Source of the DNA: Candidatus Limimorpha sp.
Lineage (GTDB): Bacteria; Bacteroidota; Bacteroidia; Bacteroidales; F082
Assembly (NCBI GenBank): GCA_051875555.1
Contig: JBJEGZ010000011.1
Span: 108,452-172,451 of the forward strand
DNA: 64,000 nt
Reading direction: 5' to 3'
Shown: positions 19,141-28,090 of the stretch, piece after piece
Layout of the letters: each line of letters opens with the position of its first letter
How positions within the stretch are numbered: the first letter of the stretch is position 1
Made by a program: the position numbers and the translations under genes
Notes under the pieces: generated by a model
Seen by the model: the letters and a program-made list of their open reading frames with translations, nothing else
Database searches by the model: none
What the model was told of the DNA's origin: nothing

Positions 19141-19917
19141 ATGGCAATTTTATTCGAGAATCTCGTCTTTGGTCCTATTCATAGCAGAAGGCTTGGCAAC
19201 TCTCTTGGAGTGAACCTTATGCCTGTCATTGGAAAGATTTGCACCTTCAACTGCGTCTATTGCGAATGTGGCTGGAACCCACAACATAGTGATACAAAAG
19301 CCCGCCTCGCCTCGCCTGCGGAATTTGAACGCACCCTTGATAACGCTTTGGCAGAACTCGCCGGAACAGTGAAGGAACCTGATAGCATCACCTTCTCCGG
19401 TAATGGTGAGCCGACTTTACACCCCGATTTCCCCGAAATTATTGATATCACCATTAGGCTTAGAGACAAATACGCACCTAAAGCGGTGATAAGCGTCCTT
19501 ACTAACGGCACAAGGATACATGATAAAAGGATTTTTGACGCACTGAATAAAGTAGATAATAATATTTGTAAGCTCGATGCCGGCTCAATTGAAATGATAA
19601 ATAAAATTAATCTTCCTAACGTGAAAATTAATTTAGATGAGTATATCGCTGATTTACAAAGATTTAACGGAAATGTCGTTGTTCAAACACTCTTTGTAAG
19701 AGGAACCCACGGAAACGATGTGTTAAATAACACTTCTGATGAGGAAATAGAATCGTGGTTACAACATCTGAAAAAGATAAACCCAAGAAAAACAATGATT
19801 TATGTTATCGATAGAGAGACACCAGAAAAGAACCTTGAGAAAATATCCGGAGCAGAACTGTCACTTATCGCTAACAAAGTGAAGGCTCTCGACCTCGATG
19901 TCGAATATTATGAATAA
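19141..19917 (+). CDS. radical SAM protein
   Basis: CTFNCVYCECGW contains the CxxxCxxC 4Fe-4S/SAM motif near the N-terminus. 258 aa. Confidence 0.8.
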   Translation: MAILFENLVFGPIHSRRLGNSLGVNLMPVIGKICTFNCVYCECGWNPQHSDTKARLASPAEFERTLDNALAELAGTVKEPDSITFSGNGEPTLHPDFPEIIDITIRLRDKYAPKAVISVLTNGTRIHDKRIFDALNKVDNNICKLDAGSIEMINKINLPNVKINLDEYIADLQRFNGNVVVQTLFVRGTHGNDVLNNTSDEEIESWLQHLKKINPRKTMIYVIDRETPEKNLEKISGAELSLIANKVKALDLDVEYYE

Positions 19918-19957
19918 AATATTTTTTCTTTTTTTCTTCTCTGTTCAAAAAAAACGT

Positions 19958-19965
19958 TAAATTTG
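19958..19965 (+). promoter_or_regulatory. -7 promoter box TAAATTTG for the gene at 19988
   Basis: TAnnTTTG match 23 nt upstream of the ATG. Confidence 0.55.
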
Positions 19966-19987
19966 CAACGCAAAAAAGTTTATAATC

Positions 19988-20614
19988 ATGAATAATAAAA
20001 AACTGACTATCATTAACATCGCTTTAGTAATTGTAGCAATCTTTTTGGCTTATATGGTATTCGACAGCATCAGGCAGCCTGTCGCTTTTGAGAACGTTCG
20101 TAAAGAAAGAGAACAGAAAGTCGTACAAAACCTTAAAGACATCAGAAGTACAGAAATCTTGTTCAAACAGACTTACAACAGATACACTTCAAACTTCGAT
20201 TCGCTCATTAACTATATTAAGACTGGTGAGCTCCCTGTCGTAAATATTATCCCGGATCCAAACGATACAACATATACCAAGACTATTAATGATACTGTTG
20301 GATTCGTGAAAGTCGCCGACTCATTGTTCGGGCGCAGGACTGACTTTAACGTCGAGGACCTTCGCTATATCCCTTATTCAGAGCTTACTACAAGGACAGA
20401 GTTCGAGCTTAATGCTGGATTCCTTCCTCGCGGCGGTCTGAAAGTCGCTGTGTTTGAAGCAAAAGCTCCTTACCTCACTTATCTCGGAGACCTCGACAAA
20501 AACGGACTCCAAAGAGTGAATAACCTTAGAGCCGAACAAGAAGACCTCGGCAAATACGCCGGCCTCAAAGTCGGTTCAATGGACGAGCCTTCTATAAATG
20601 GTAACTGGGAATAA
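19988..20614 (+). CDS. membrane-anchored hypothetical protein
   Basis: 208-aa ORF with a single N-terminal TM helix (LTIINIALVIVAIFLAYMVF). No recognisable motif. Confidence 0.6.
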   Translation: MNNKKLTIINIALVIVAIFLAYMVFDSIRQPVAFENVRKEREQKVVQNLKDIRSTEILFKQTYNRYTSNFDSLINYIKTGELPVVNIIPDPNDTTYTKTINDTVGFVKVADSLFGRRTDFNVEDLRYIPYSELTTRTEFELNAGFLPRGGLKVAVFEAKAPYLTYLGDLDKNGLQRVNNLRAEQEDLGKYAGLKVGSMDEPSINGNWE

Positions 20615-20615
20615 T

Positions 20616-21440
20616 ATGTTTCCAGAAAACCAGAACCTAAATAATCACGTATTAACCATCCGGCACTCACTGGATGGTTTTTCGTTTGCTGTCTTTGACT
20701 TGGAAAGCAATAGATTCATATTTGTTAAAGATGTCTGCGAACCGAATCTGCCGCTTCCTTACGCCATAAAATGGATTGAGTCTCATTATAACTGTTCCTT
20801 GTCAGACTTTAATAAGATTACGGTGCTTTTCGATAACGAGAAACATACCGTCGTCCCTTCCTCGTTATTTAACCTGAGTGCTAAAGATAAATATCTTGAG
20901 CTCCTCGGCATCTCCGAACAAGACGGCGTGGTATGCAACGATGTCCTTTATCATGCAGAATTGAACAACGTCTTCTCTGTTGCAAGAGACGACTTCGACT
21001 TCGTATCGCAGAAGCAGCATAATATTTCATATCATCACGCATCAAGTGTGCTTCTGACAAGCATCATCAGTGACAACGTCGCCCGTGGAGTCAATATTCA
21101 GGGAGTGTATCTTCATATAAAGGAGAATAAGTTTGACATGACCGTTGTTGACGGCTGTAACTTGTTGTTTAACAATACATTTAAATATAAGACAAAGGAA
21201 GACTTCCTCTATTTCCTGTTGTTCGCCATCGATATGCTTCATCTTGATGCTGCTACCGTGCCTGTCTTCTTCCTAGGAATGATTGAGGATAAATCACAGA
21301 TTGTGGAGTTAGTGTCAAGATATGTGCGGGATATACGCTTTGTCAGAAGGGACAACGCCATAGCCATGAGTGAGGAGATGGAAGAGACTCCTTTTTATTA
21401 TCATTACATATTATTTAAATCTATCTTATGCGAATTATAA
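20616..21440 (+). CDS. hypothetical protein (DUF3822-like, commonly upstream of rsmD in Bacteroidota)
   Basis: Long ORF. I prefer the ATG at 20616, right after the upstream stop, over the overlapping ORF-track start at 20598. The family call rests on context and memory only. Confidence 0.5.
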   Translation: MFPENQNLNNHVLTIRHSLDGFSFAVFDLESNRFIFVKDVCEPNLPLPYAIKWIESHYNCSLSDFNKITVLFDNEKHTVVPSSLFNLSAKDKYLELLGISEQDGVVCNDVLYHAELNNVFSVARDDFDFVSQKQHNISYHHASSVLLTSIISDNVARGVNIQGVYLHIKENKFDMTVVDGCNLLFNNTFKYKTKEDFLYFLLFAIDMLHLDAATVPVFFLGMIEDKSQIVELVSRYVRDIRFVRRDNAIAMSEEMEETPFYYHYILFKSILCEL

Positions 21441-21982
21441 GGGGAACACATCAGAGAAGACTGATTATTGCGCCGGATAACCTTCCTGTGCGCCCGACAA
21501 CAGATATGGCAAAGGAGAGTCTGTTCAATATCCTTGAGAATCAGTTGGATTTTGAAGACACCACGGCTCTCGACCTTTTTGCCGGTACAGGAAATATTTC
21601 ATACGAACTTGCCTCAAGAGGCTGTCAGCGTGTCACGGCGGTGGACGATAATAACAACTGTGTGCGCTTTATCAGGGAGACAGCGTTGAAACTCAATATG
21701 CCGCAGATATCTGTGGTGAGGTCTGACGTCTTCCGCTTCCTTCCGAAGCATGCAATGAAATATGACATCGTCTTCGCTGACCCGCCTTACGAATGCGAGC
21801 ATTACGACCTTCTTGTTGAAGCCGTCTTTGAACAAAAGCTTCTCAAAGAAAACGGCATCTTCGTACTCGAACACGATAAGAGAAAAGACTATTCTACACA
21901 CCCGCATTTCTACGACCATAGGAACTATGGGAAGGTGAATTTCTCGTTTTTCTCAGCTGAAAGAACAGATAATAATGACTAA
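21428..21982 (+). CDS. rsmD: 16S rRNA (guanine966-N2)-methyltransferase
   Basis: MRIIRGTHQRRLIIAPDNLPVRPTTDMAKESLFNIL..., SAM motif DLFAGTGN and catalytic DPPY. Confidence 0.85.
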   Translation: MRIIRGTHQRRLIIAPDNLPVRPTTDMAKESLFNILENQLDFEDTTALDLFAGTGNISYELASRGCQRVTAVDDNNNCVRFIRETALKLNMPQISVVRSDVFRFLPKHAMKYDIVFADPPYECEHYDLLVEAVFEQKLLKENGIFVLEHDKRKDYSTHPHFYDHRNYGKVNFSFFSAERTDNND

Positions 21983-21993
21983 AATAATTTAAT

Positions 21994-23574
21994 ATGAAGA
22001 TGAGATTAAAACTTATGACCACCTTAATGATAATGATGGTGGTTTTGGGCGTTAAGGCTCAGGAACAGGATTTCGAAGGCGCAAATTGTACAAGCATCAT
22101 GGTCGGGAAAAAAGCCACCACTGATGGTTCTGTCATCACCTCACACACTTGCGACAGCCGTTACCGTACATGGATGCGCTGGGAGAAAGCCTCTGATAAT
22201 GAACAGGGTGCTATGATGAAAATCTATGAAGGCACAATGCACACTGCCGACCCTTACGATAGTAGGGGGCTTAAGCTGAAAGGCGAGATACCTCAGGCTA
22301 CGCACACCTATGCTTACCTTAACACCGCCTATCCTTGCTTCAATGAGAAGCAGCTCGCTATTGGCGAGACAACGTTCTCCGGTCCCGACACTCTCGTAAA
22401 CCCTAACGGAATGTTTATGATTGAGGAGCTTGAGCGCGTCGTTTTGCAAAGATGCGATAATGCCCGCGATGCCATCAGGCTCATTGGTGAGCTTGTTAAA
22501 GAATATGGTTATGCCGACGGTGGCGAGGCTATCACTATCGCTGATACCAAGGAGGTGTGGCTGCTTGAGATAATGGGCGAGGGCCCTGACAAGGTCGGCG
22601 GCATCTGGGCAGCCCAGAGAGTCCCAGACGGCGAGGTGGGCGTCTCCGCTAATATCCCAAGAATAAAGTATCTCGATAGAGGTAATAAGAACTATTTCAT
22701 GTGCTCCGATAATATTGAGGAAGTCGCGATGAAATACGGACTCTGGGACGGACAGGGCGACTTTATCTGGTATAAGGCTTTCTCAAGCAGTTATTCAAAC
22801 GGGAAGAACTTCCGTGAAAGAGAATGGTTTATCCTTAACGAACTCGCTCCTTCACTTGGCCTTAGCCGTGATGCCGATGATATCCCGTTCTCCGTCAAGC
22901 CTGAGAAAAAAGTCGATGTGCGTGACGTGATGGCTCTCCTACGCAGCTATTATGAAGGCACCGACATGGACATCACCCGTAACCTGAAGGTTGTTGATAG
23001 AAATGGTGATACCATCGTCTCCCCAACAGCTAACCCTTGGATGGGCGGTAACGAACAGAAAGTGTATAACATGCTTAAACCCGGCACAATAGATTTCAAA
23101 CGCGGTGTCGCAATGTCATGGTGCTCCTATTCTTTTGTAGCACAACTTCGTGACTGGCTCCCCGATGAGATTGGAGGCGTGTGCTGGATTGGCCTTGAAA
23201 ACCCAGGCCAAAGTCCAAGGATTCCTGTCTATAGCGGTTCCACTAAGATGCCTTCGTGCTTCGACAGATGCGGCCATGACCATTTCGATGAGTCAACAGC
23301 TCTGTGGCGCTATAGAAAAGCTAACAAACTCGCCCAAGTAAACTGGGGATATTGCAAGGACCTCATGTATAAGAATATCCTCCGCTTTGAGGAAAAAGCT
23401 GCCATCGAAATGCCTGCCCTTGAAAAGAGAGTGGAGAAGCTCCTTAAAGAAGATAAAAAAGATGAGGCTGTGATAGAACTCAACAGATTTACATCTGACT
23501 TTGAGGCAGCTACAGCAGAGACTTGGAAATCAATGGAACACCGCTTCTGGGAGATGTTCTGGGTCAATTTCTGA
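21994..23574 (+). CDS. C69 family dipeptidase, secreted
   Basis: Signal peptide followed by NCTSIMVGKKATTDGSVITSHTCD, the N-terminal nucleophile Cys context of peptidase C69. Confidence 0.85.
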   Translation: MKMRLKLMTTLMIMMVVLGVKAQEQDFEGANCTSIMVGKKATTDGSVITSHTCDSRYRTWMRWEKASDNEQGAMMKIYEGTMHTADPYDSRGLKLKGEIPQATHTYAYLNTAYPCFNEKQLAIGETTFSGPDTLVNPNGMFMIEELERVVLQRCDNARDAIRLIGELVKEYGYADGGEAITIADTKEVWLLEIMGEGPDKVGGIWAAQRVPDGEVGVSANIPRIKYLDRGNKNYFMCSDNIEEVAMKYGLWDGQGDFIWYKAFSSSYSNGKNFREREWFILNELAPSLGLSRDADDIPFSVKPEKKVDVRDVMALLRSYYEGTDMDITRNLKVVDRNGDTIVSPTANPWMGGNEQKVYNMLKPGTIDFKRGVAMSWCSYSFVAQLRDWLPDEIGGVCWIGLENPGQSPRIPVYSGSTKMPSCFDRCGHDHFDESTALWRYRKANKLAQVNWGYCKDLMYKNILRFEEKAAIEMPALEKRVEKLLKEDKKDEAVIELNRFTSDFEAATAETWKSMEHRFWEMFWVNF

Positions 23575-23597
23575 TTTATCCCCAATAAAATATAATG

Positions 23598-23640
23598 TCC
23601 CAACGATTTTGCACGCCTGAATCGTTGGGACTTTTTTATT
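23598..23640 (+). terminator. rho-independent terminator after the C69 dipeptidase gene
   Basis: 11-bp stem tcccaacgatt/aatcgttggga followed by cttttttatt. Confidence 0.8.
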
Positions 23641-23919
23641 ACTGTCCGCTAAATTCCCATACGCAAAAGGCATCAAATATTTTTATCGGATACCAATGAA
23701 AAAGTTTAACAATATAAATAAACGGAGTCTGATTTTATTTCAATTTCATAAAGTTAAGTCCATAACCATACCGCTTTGAAGAGACAGATGCTGCGGGCAT
23801 CGGCGTCCGTTCGGAACACCTTATGTCGCATTAAAAAAACATAATCAATGGCTATTCCCAATCTTACCCGGAGAGGACAAGTGGCGTGTTGTGCGGCTGT
23901 GTTTGGCGAGAAACTATGC

Positions 23920-24771
23920 TCATTTTCTTTTGCGGAACTCGGTGGGGGATATTCCTGTCTCGCGGCGGAAGTAACGGCTGAAGACTTGTTGTTCTTCGAA
24001 GCCTAACATGTCGGCGATGGCTTGAATGCTGAGGTCAGGGCAGTTGAGTAGTAGCATCTGGGCCTCGGAGATGACCTGCTTGTGTATCCAATAGCTGGCA
24101 GTATGGCCGGTCTCCCGCAGGATAAGGGTACCGAAATATTTGGGGGTAAGATGTGCCAAATCGGCATAGAAGCCCACGTCGCGGTGTTGGCGAAAGTGCG
24201 ACGCTATGGCTGAATAGAACTGTGTGCTCACCCGCTTGGTGGATTTGAGCTCGTCAAAAATCTGCTGGCGGTAATAACCGAGCAGGCGTAAGAAATACTC
24301 CAACTGGCGTATCATCAGCACGTGCTTGTCGGTGATGTCGATGCGAGACGTCTCGTACATCACGTTCACTATGCTCATCAGAATCTTATATTCGTGCTCG
24401 CCTAACCTGACTGCCGGCCGCGACTCGTAATGGTAACGGTACTGGTTGATGATTTGCAGCAGAGGTTCGTTAAGCACATCTTTCATGACGACAATCAGCG
24501 ATGCACGGAAGTCGTCGGTTTGCGACTCGGCCGTCAAACTGTGTTTCGGAAAAATGACCGCCACTGTTCTTCGTGAGTTGATATCCGGTATATTCTCATA
24601 CATTACGTTCTGACAACCACGGTGAACGATGCTTATAACGTAGTAGGACGAGACAAACGGTTCCATCTCCGTTGGAAGACCGCCGACGTTGTGAAAGATC
24701 ACAATGCCTTCATCGCTTATTCTCCGAGCGTCATGCACCATTGGGTGAGTCAAGTCCAGTTTGTTTCTCAT
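23920..24771 (-). CDS. AraC family transcriptional regulator
   Basis: C-terminal double HTH (...LSIQAIADMLGFEEQQVFSRYFRRETGISPTEFR). The start was set at the ATG at 24769-24771 (MRNKLDL). The upstream ATG at 24786 would place a TATTTTTG box inside the coding sequence. Confidence 0.85.
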   Translation of the reverse strand: MRNKLDLTHPMVHDARRISDEGIVIFHNVGGLPTEMEPFVSSYYVISIVHRGCQNVMYENIPDINSRRTVAVIFPKHSLTAESQTDDFRASLIVVMKDVLNEPLLQIINQYRYHYESRPAVRLGEHEYKILMSIVNVMYETSRIDITDKHVLMIRQLEYFLRLLGYYRQQIFDELKSTKRVSTQFYSAIASHFRQHRDVGFYADLAHLTPKYFGTLILRETGHTASYWIHKQVISEAQMLLLNCPDLSIQAIADMLGFEEQQVFSRYFRRETGISPTEFRKRK

Positions 24772-24775
24772 AGTG

Positions 24776-24783
24776 CAAAAATA
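24776..24783 (-). promoter_or_regulatory. -7-like box (TATTTTTG on the minus strand) only 4 nt upstream of the AraC ATG
   Basis: Plus-strand caaaaata. This geometry would give a leaderless or near-leaderless mRNA. Confidence 0.35.
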
Positions 24784-24922
24784 CATATTTTTTTACTTCA
24801 TGTCATTAATTTCCCGACTTTTTGCTACAAATCACAAACCAACTGACACGTCAGATTGTGGAAATGTCAGTACTTTTACGCTTAAAATTAAAGGTAAAAT
24901 AAACATAAAATAGTCATTTGTT

Positions 24923-26851
24923 ATGAAGAAAATCAGCGTTTTTATCCTTTCTTTGTTGATGGCGTCAAGTGTCATTGCGCAAACTGACAACACCGTCAAT
25001 GTGGTGTACAGCAATGACATCGCAACTGTCAGCGTGGCCGACAACATCGCACAGTATCTGACTGTCACCCAGAGCGGAGCGCACGTCAGTATCGTGCAAG
25101 CCGACAATTTGGCCACTGAGATTACTTACAACCTCAGCGGTTCATCGACAGACGGCGAGTTCTATATGTCGGGCTCCTACAAAGCTACCGTTGAGTTGGA
25201 CGGTCTCACCCTAACCAATGTCACTCCGGTCTATAGCGGTGCAGCCGTGCACATCCAGAACGGCAAGCGCATCAAGGTGAAGGTGGTCTCCGGAACAACA
25301 AACACGCTCGTTGACGCATCATGCGGTTCGCAGAAAGGCTGTCTCTACATCAAAGGACACGCCGAGTTTGCCCAGCAGGGTACGCTTAACGTGGTAGGTA
25401 ACGTGAAGCACGCCATCAGTGCGGGCGAGTATATCACCCTGAAGAACGCCACCCTCAACATCACCTCTGCCGTGGGCGACGGCATCTCATGCAACCAATA
25501 CTTCCTCATGGAAAGCGGTACCATCAATATAAGTGGAACAGGTAACGACGGCATACAGTGCGACCTTGACGGCGACATTTCGACAGGCGAGACTCCAGAA
25601 CACGAGGACGAAGATTCAGGCAACATCTATATCAGCGGCGGAACCATCAACATCAACTGCGCCGCTATCGCCGCCAAAGGCATCAAGAGTGAAGGCGACA
25701 TCTTCATTTCCGATGATCCGATTATCGATGTGACCACCAGCGGCAAGGGCACATGGGACGAGGACGATATGGAGGCTAAAGCCGCCTGCGGCATCAGTGC
25801 TGACGGTGACATAACCATCAGTGATGGCACCATCACTCTAACGTCCACCGGCTCTGGCGGTAAAGGCATGAAGTGCGACAGCGTGATGACTATCAGTGGC
25901 GGCGACATCACCATAGTCACCTCCGGTAATCTCTACTACAACGACGGCAACATTGAGAACACCAACTACACTGGCAATGTTGACAACATCAGCAGCAATT
26001 ACTACTCGTCACCAAAGGGTGTTAAAGCAGGATTGAAGATAGAAAACGGCAACAGCAATATCTACAGCGGTGGCATGGTCATCAGTGGCGGTAAAATAAG
26101 CGTCACTACCAGCGGACGCAACGCTGAGGGCATCGAGAGTAAGAACTACCTCAATATCACCGGCGGAGAAATCATAGTCAACGCTTACGACGACGGCATC
26201 AACTCCGGACGCGATATGACCGTTGACGGTGGCTTCATCTATTCGCATTCTACCAACAACGACGGTATGGATTCTAACGGCAACTTCTACATCAATGATG
26301 GCTTCGTTTACGCCATCGGAGCGGGTTCTCCCGAACTGGCACTTGATGCTAACACCGAGGAACACATGAAACTCTACATCAATGGCGGTGTCGTCATCGC
26401 TGTGGGCGGTATAGAGAACGGCAGTTCTGTCAACCAGCCCTATATACAGTCCTCATCCGTAAGCAGTAACACATGGTACACTGTGACTTACGGAGACAAT
26501 GCTGTGGCTTTCTATACTCCTACTATCAATACCGGTGGTGGTGGTCCTGGTGGTGGGGGTGGTGGTCCTGGTGGCGGCGGTCCTGGTGGTGGTAATTCCT
26601 CCACGTTCATTTCTGCCCCATCTACACCAGCACTCACTAATGGCAACAATGTCACCGACGGTGTCTCATATTTTGACGGGAACTGCTATATCAGTGGCAT
26701 ATTAGGTATCGAAGACGTGGAGATGGTCGGGCAAGACGTCATAGACCTACGTGTTTTCACCCTTGACGGTCGCTATCTCGGCACCGAGGTCCCCGACAAC
26801 TTCCGCGGCATCTACCTGCAGAACGGCAAGAAATACCAGAAACTTCAATAG
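24923..26851 (+). CDS. secreted parallel beta-helix / carbohydrate-binding-domain-like repeat protein with Gly/Pro linker and a possible T9SS C-terminal domain
   Basis: Signal peptide and many G-x-I/T-I-S/N-G turn repeats (ISGG.I.I.., ITGGEIIVNAYDDGINS). A GGGGPGGGGGGPGGGGPGGG tract precedes a C-terminal ...RVFTLDGRYLG...GIYLQNGKKYQKLQ tail. Confidence 0.75.
   Translation: MKKISVFILSLLMASSVIAQTDNTVNVVYSNDIATVSVADNIAQYLTVTQSGAHVSIVQADNLATEITYNLSGSSTDGEFYMSGSYKATVELDGLTLTNVTPVYSGAAVHIQNGKRIKVKVVSGTTNTLVDASCGSQKGCLYIKGHAEFAQQGTLNVVGNVKHAISAGEYITLKNATLNITSAVGDGISCNQYFLMESGTINISGTGNDGIQCDLDGDISTGETPEHEDEDSGNIYISGGTININCAAIAAKGIKSEGDIFISDDPIIDVTTSGKGTWDEDDMEAKAACGISADGDITISDGTITLTSTGSGGKGMKCDSVMTISGGDITIVTSGNLYYNDGNIENTNYTGNVDNISSNYYSSPKGVKAGLKIENGNSNIYSGGMVISGGKISVTTSGRNAEGIESKNYLNITGGEIIVNAYDDGINSGRDMTVDGGFIYSHSTNNDGMDSNGNFYINDGFVYAIGAGSPELALDANTEEHMKLYINGGVVIAVGGIENGSSVNQPYIQSSSVSSNTWYTVTYGDNAVAFYTPTINTGGGGPGGGGGGPGGGGPGGGNSSTFISAPSTPALTNGNNVTDGVSYFDGNCYISGILGIEDVEMVGQDVIDLRVFTLDGRYLGTEVPDNFRGIYLQNGKKYQKLQ
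26534..26593 (+). repeat. GGT/CCT simple-sequence tract encoding (G4-6P)n
   Basis: ggtggtggtggtcctggtggtgggggtggtggtcctggtggcggcggtcctggtggtggt, in frame within CDS 24923-26851. Confidence 0.9.
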
Positions 26852-26927
26852 CACAGCATATCATGTCCCACCAGACGGAGCGCTGGTTGACGAATTGACT
26901 GGATACGGCAATTTTTAGAACGAAATT

Positions 26928-26963
26928 CCGCAACTCGAGCTAAGTCTTGGTTGCGGATTTTCC
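26928..26963 (+). terminator. terminator-like hairpin after the beta-helix protein gene
   Basis: 7-bp stem ccgcaac/gttgcgg followed by attttcc. The U-run is weak. Confidence 0.5.
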
Positions 26964-27112
26964 GTCATCATAAGGTGTTTTCACTTTTTTGTATTCAGTC
27001 GGATTTGATAAAATTAGTCAACAGTGTTCATTTCCAATTTTACAGTTCTGTCTTTGCAGGGTATTAATATCGTAAGGCTAATGGTTGTGAAAACAATTTA
27101 GTGACATAATAT

Positions 27113-27150
27113 GAAAACAAAAAACGCTAACCGATTGTTCGATTAGCGTT
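27113..27150 (-). terminator. rho-independent terminator after tRNA-Phe
   Basis: Stem aacgctaa/ttagcgtt. On the minus strand it is followed by TTTTTGTTTTC. Confidence 0.6.
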
Positions 27151-27152
27151 AG

Positions 27153-27225
<73 letters not shown>

Positions 27226-27241
27226 CCGTTGTTTTGCGATG

Positions 27242-27249
27242 CAAAGATA
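27242..27249 (-). promoter_or_regulatory. -7 promoter box (TATCTTTG on the minus strand) for tRNA-Phe
   Basis: Plus-strand caaagata, 17-24 nt upstream of the tRNA 5' end. Confidence 0.6.
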
Positions 27250-27332
27250 CAACTTTTTTTAATATGATAACAATAAAGTAGAAAAAAAAATAAAATTTTT
27301 TATTTTTTGTATAACAATTCACTCATTTTCAA

Positions 27333-27340
27333 TATTTTTG
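27333..27340 (+). promoter_or_regulatory. -7 promoter box TATTTTTG for the coaX operon
   Basis: Exact match 19 nt upstream of the ATG at 27359. Confidence 0.55.
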
Positions 27341-27358
27341 CATGTTAAATTTTTTGAA

Positions 27359-28090
27359 ATGGAAGACATAATTACTATTGATATTGGCAATACTCGTTCA
27401 AAATACGCTGTGTACTGCTCAAATACTATAGTTGAATTAAAAGTTTTTGACCCTTATAGTGATGATTTATGCAGGGTTTTGCGAAAATATCCGTCTATTA
27501 AAAAGGGTATAATCTCGTCAGTATCAGGGAAGGTTGATGTTTGTTTGCGTTCGTTGAGTGGGATTGAGGTTCTGGTTCTCGGCGATGATACGAGGCTTCC
27601 GTTTTATCTATCGTATGAGGAAAGGTCGAAGGTTGGTGCGGACCGCCTTGCTCTTGTCGCGGCGGCATTTTCAGAGAAGCCTCAAGAAAACAGCCTCATT
27701 ATTGATATAGGCACCTGCATAACATATGATATCCTGACTTCTGACAACAGGCATCTTGGCGGACCTATCTCTCCCGGTATTAGATTGAGGTTTAAAGCGA
27801 TGAACGAGCATACCGCATTGCTGCCTCTTTGTGAGCCTGATGCCGACAACCTGAAATTGATATGTGAGACAACAGAAGAGTGTCTGCAAAGCGGTGTAAT
27901 TAATGGCGTTTTGTTTGAAATGAAAGAATTTATTGAGGAATATTCTAAGATTTTCAATGATTTAAATGTTTTTATTTCAGGTGGAGACAATATTTTCTTT
28001 GATACAAAGTTAAAAAATTGCATATTTGCAAATTCAAATTTCATGTTCAATGGTTTAAGATTTATTCTCAAATATAATGAAATTCAATAA
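27359..28090 (+). CDS. coaX: type III pantothenate kinase
   Basis: ITIDIGNTRSK N-terminal phosphate-1 motif, IIDIGTCITYD and GGD motif. The start was set at the ATG at 27359 (MEDIITIDIGNT). Confidence 0.85.
   Translation: MEDIITIDIGNTRSKYAVYCSNTIVELKVFDPYSDDLCRVLRKYPSIKKGIISSVSGKVDVCLRSLSGIEVLVLGDDTRLPFYLSYEERSKVGADRLALVAAAFSEKPQENSLIIDIGTCITYDILTSDNRHLGGPISPGIRLRFKAMNEHTALLPLCEPDADNLKLICETTEECLQSGVINGVLFEMKEFIEEYSKIFNDLNVFISGGDNIFFDTKLKNCIFANSNFMFNGLRFILKYNEIQ

Noticed and set aside
26852-27152. Searched for an att-like direct repeat of the tRNA-Phe 3' half, and for integrase remnants flanking the AraC/beta-helix pair
   Set aside because: I could see no match of 12 nt or more to tggtaccagcgggagttgaacc in 23640-23920, and no integrase-like ORF. 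A mobile-element call is not supported. Only a compositional or positional hint remains.
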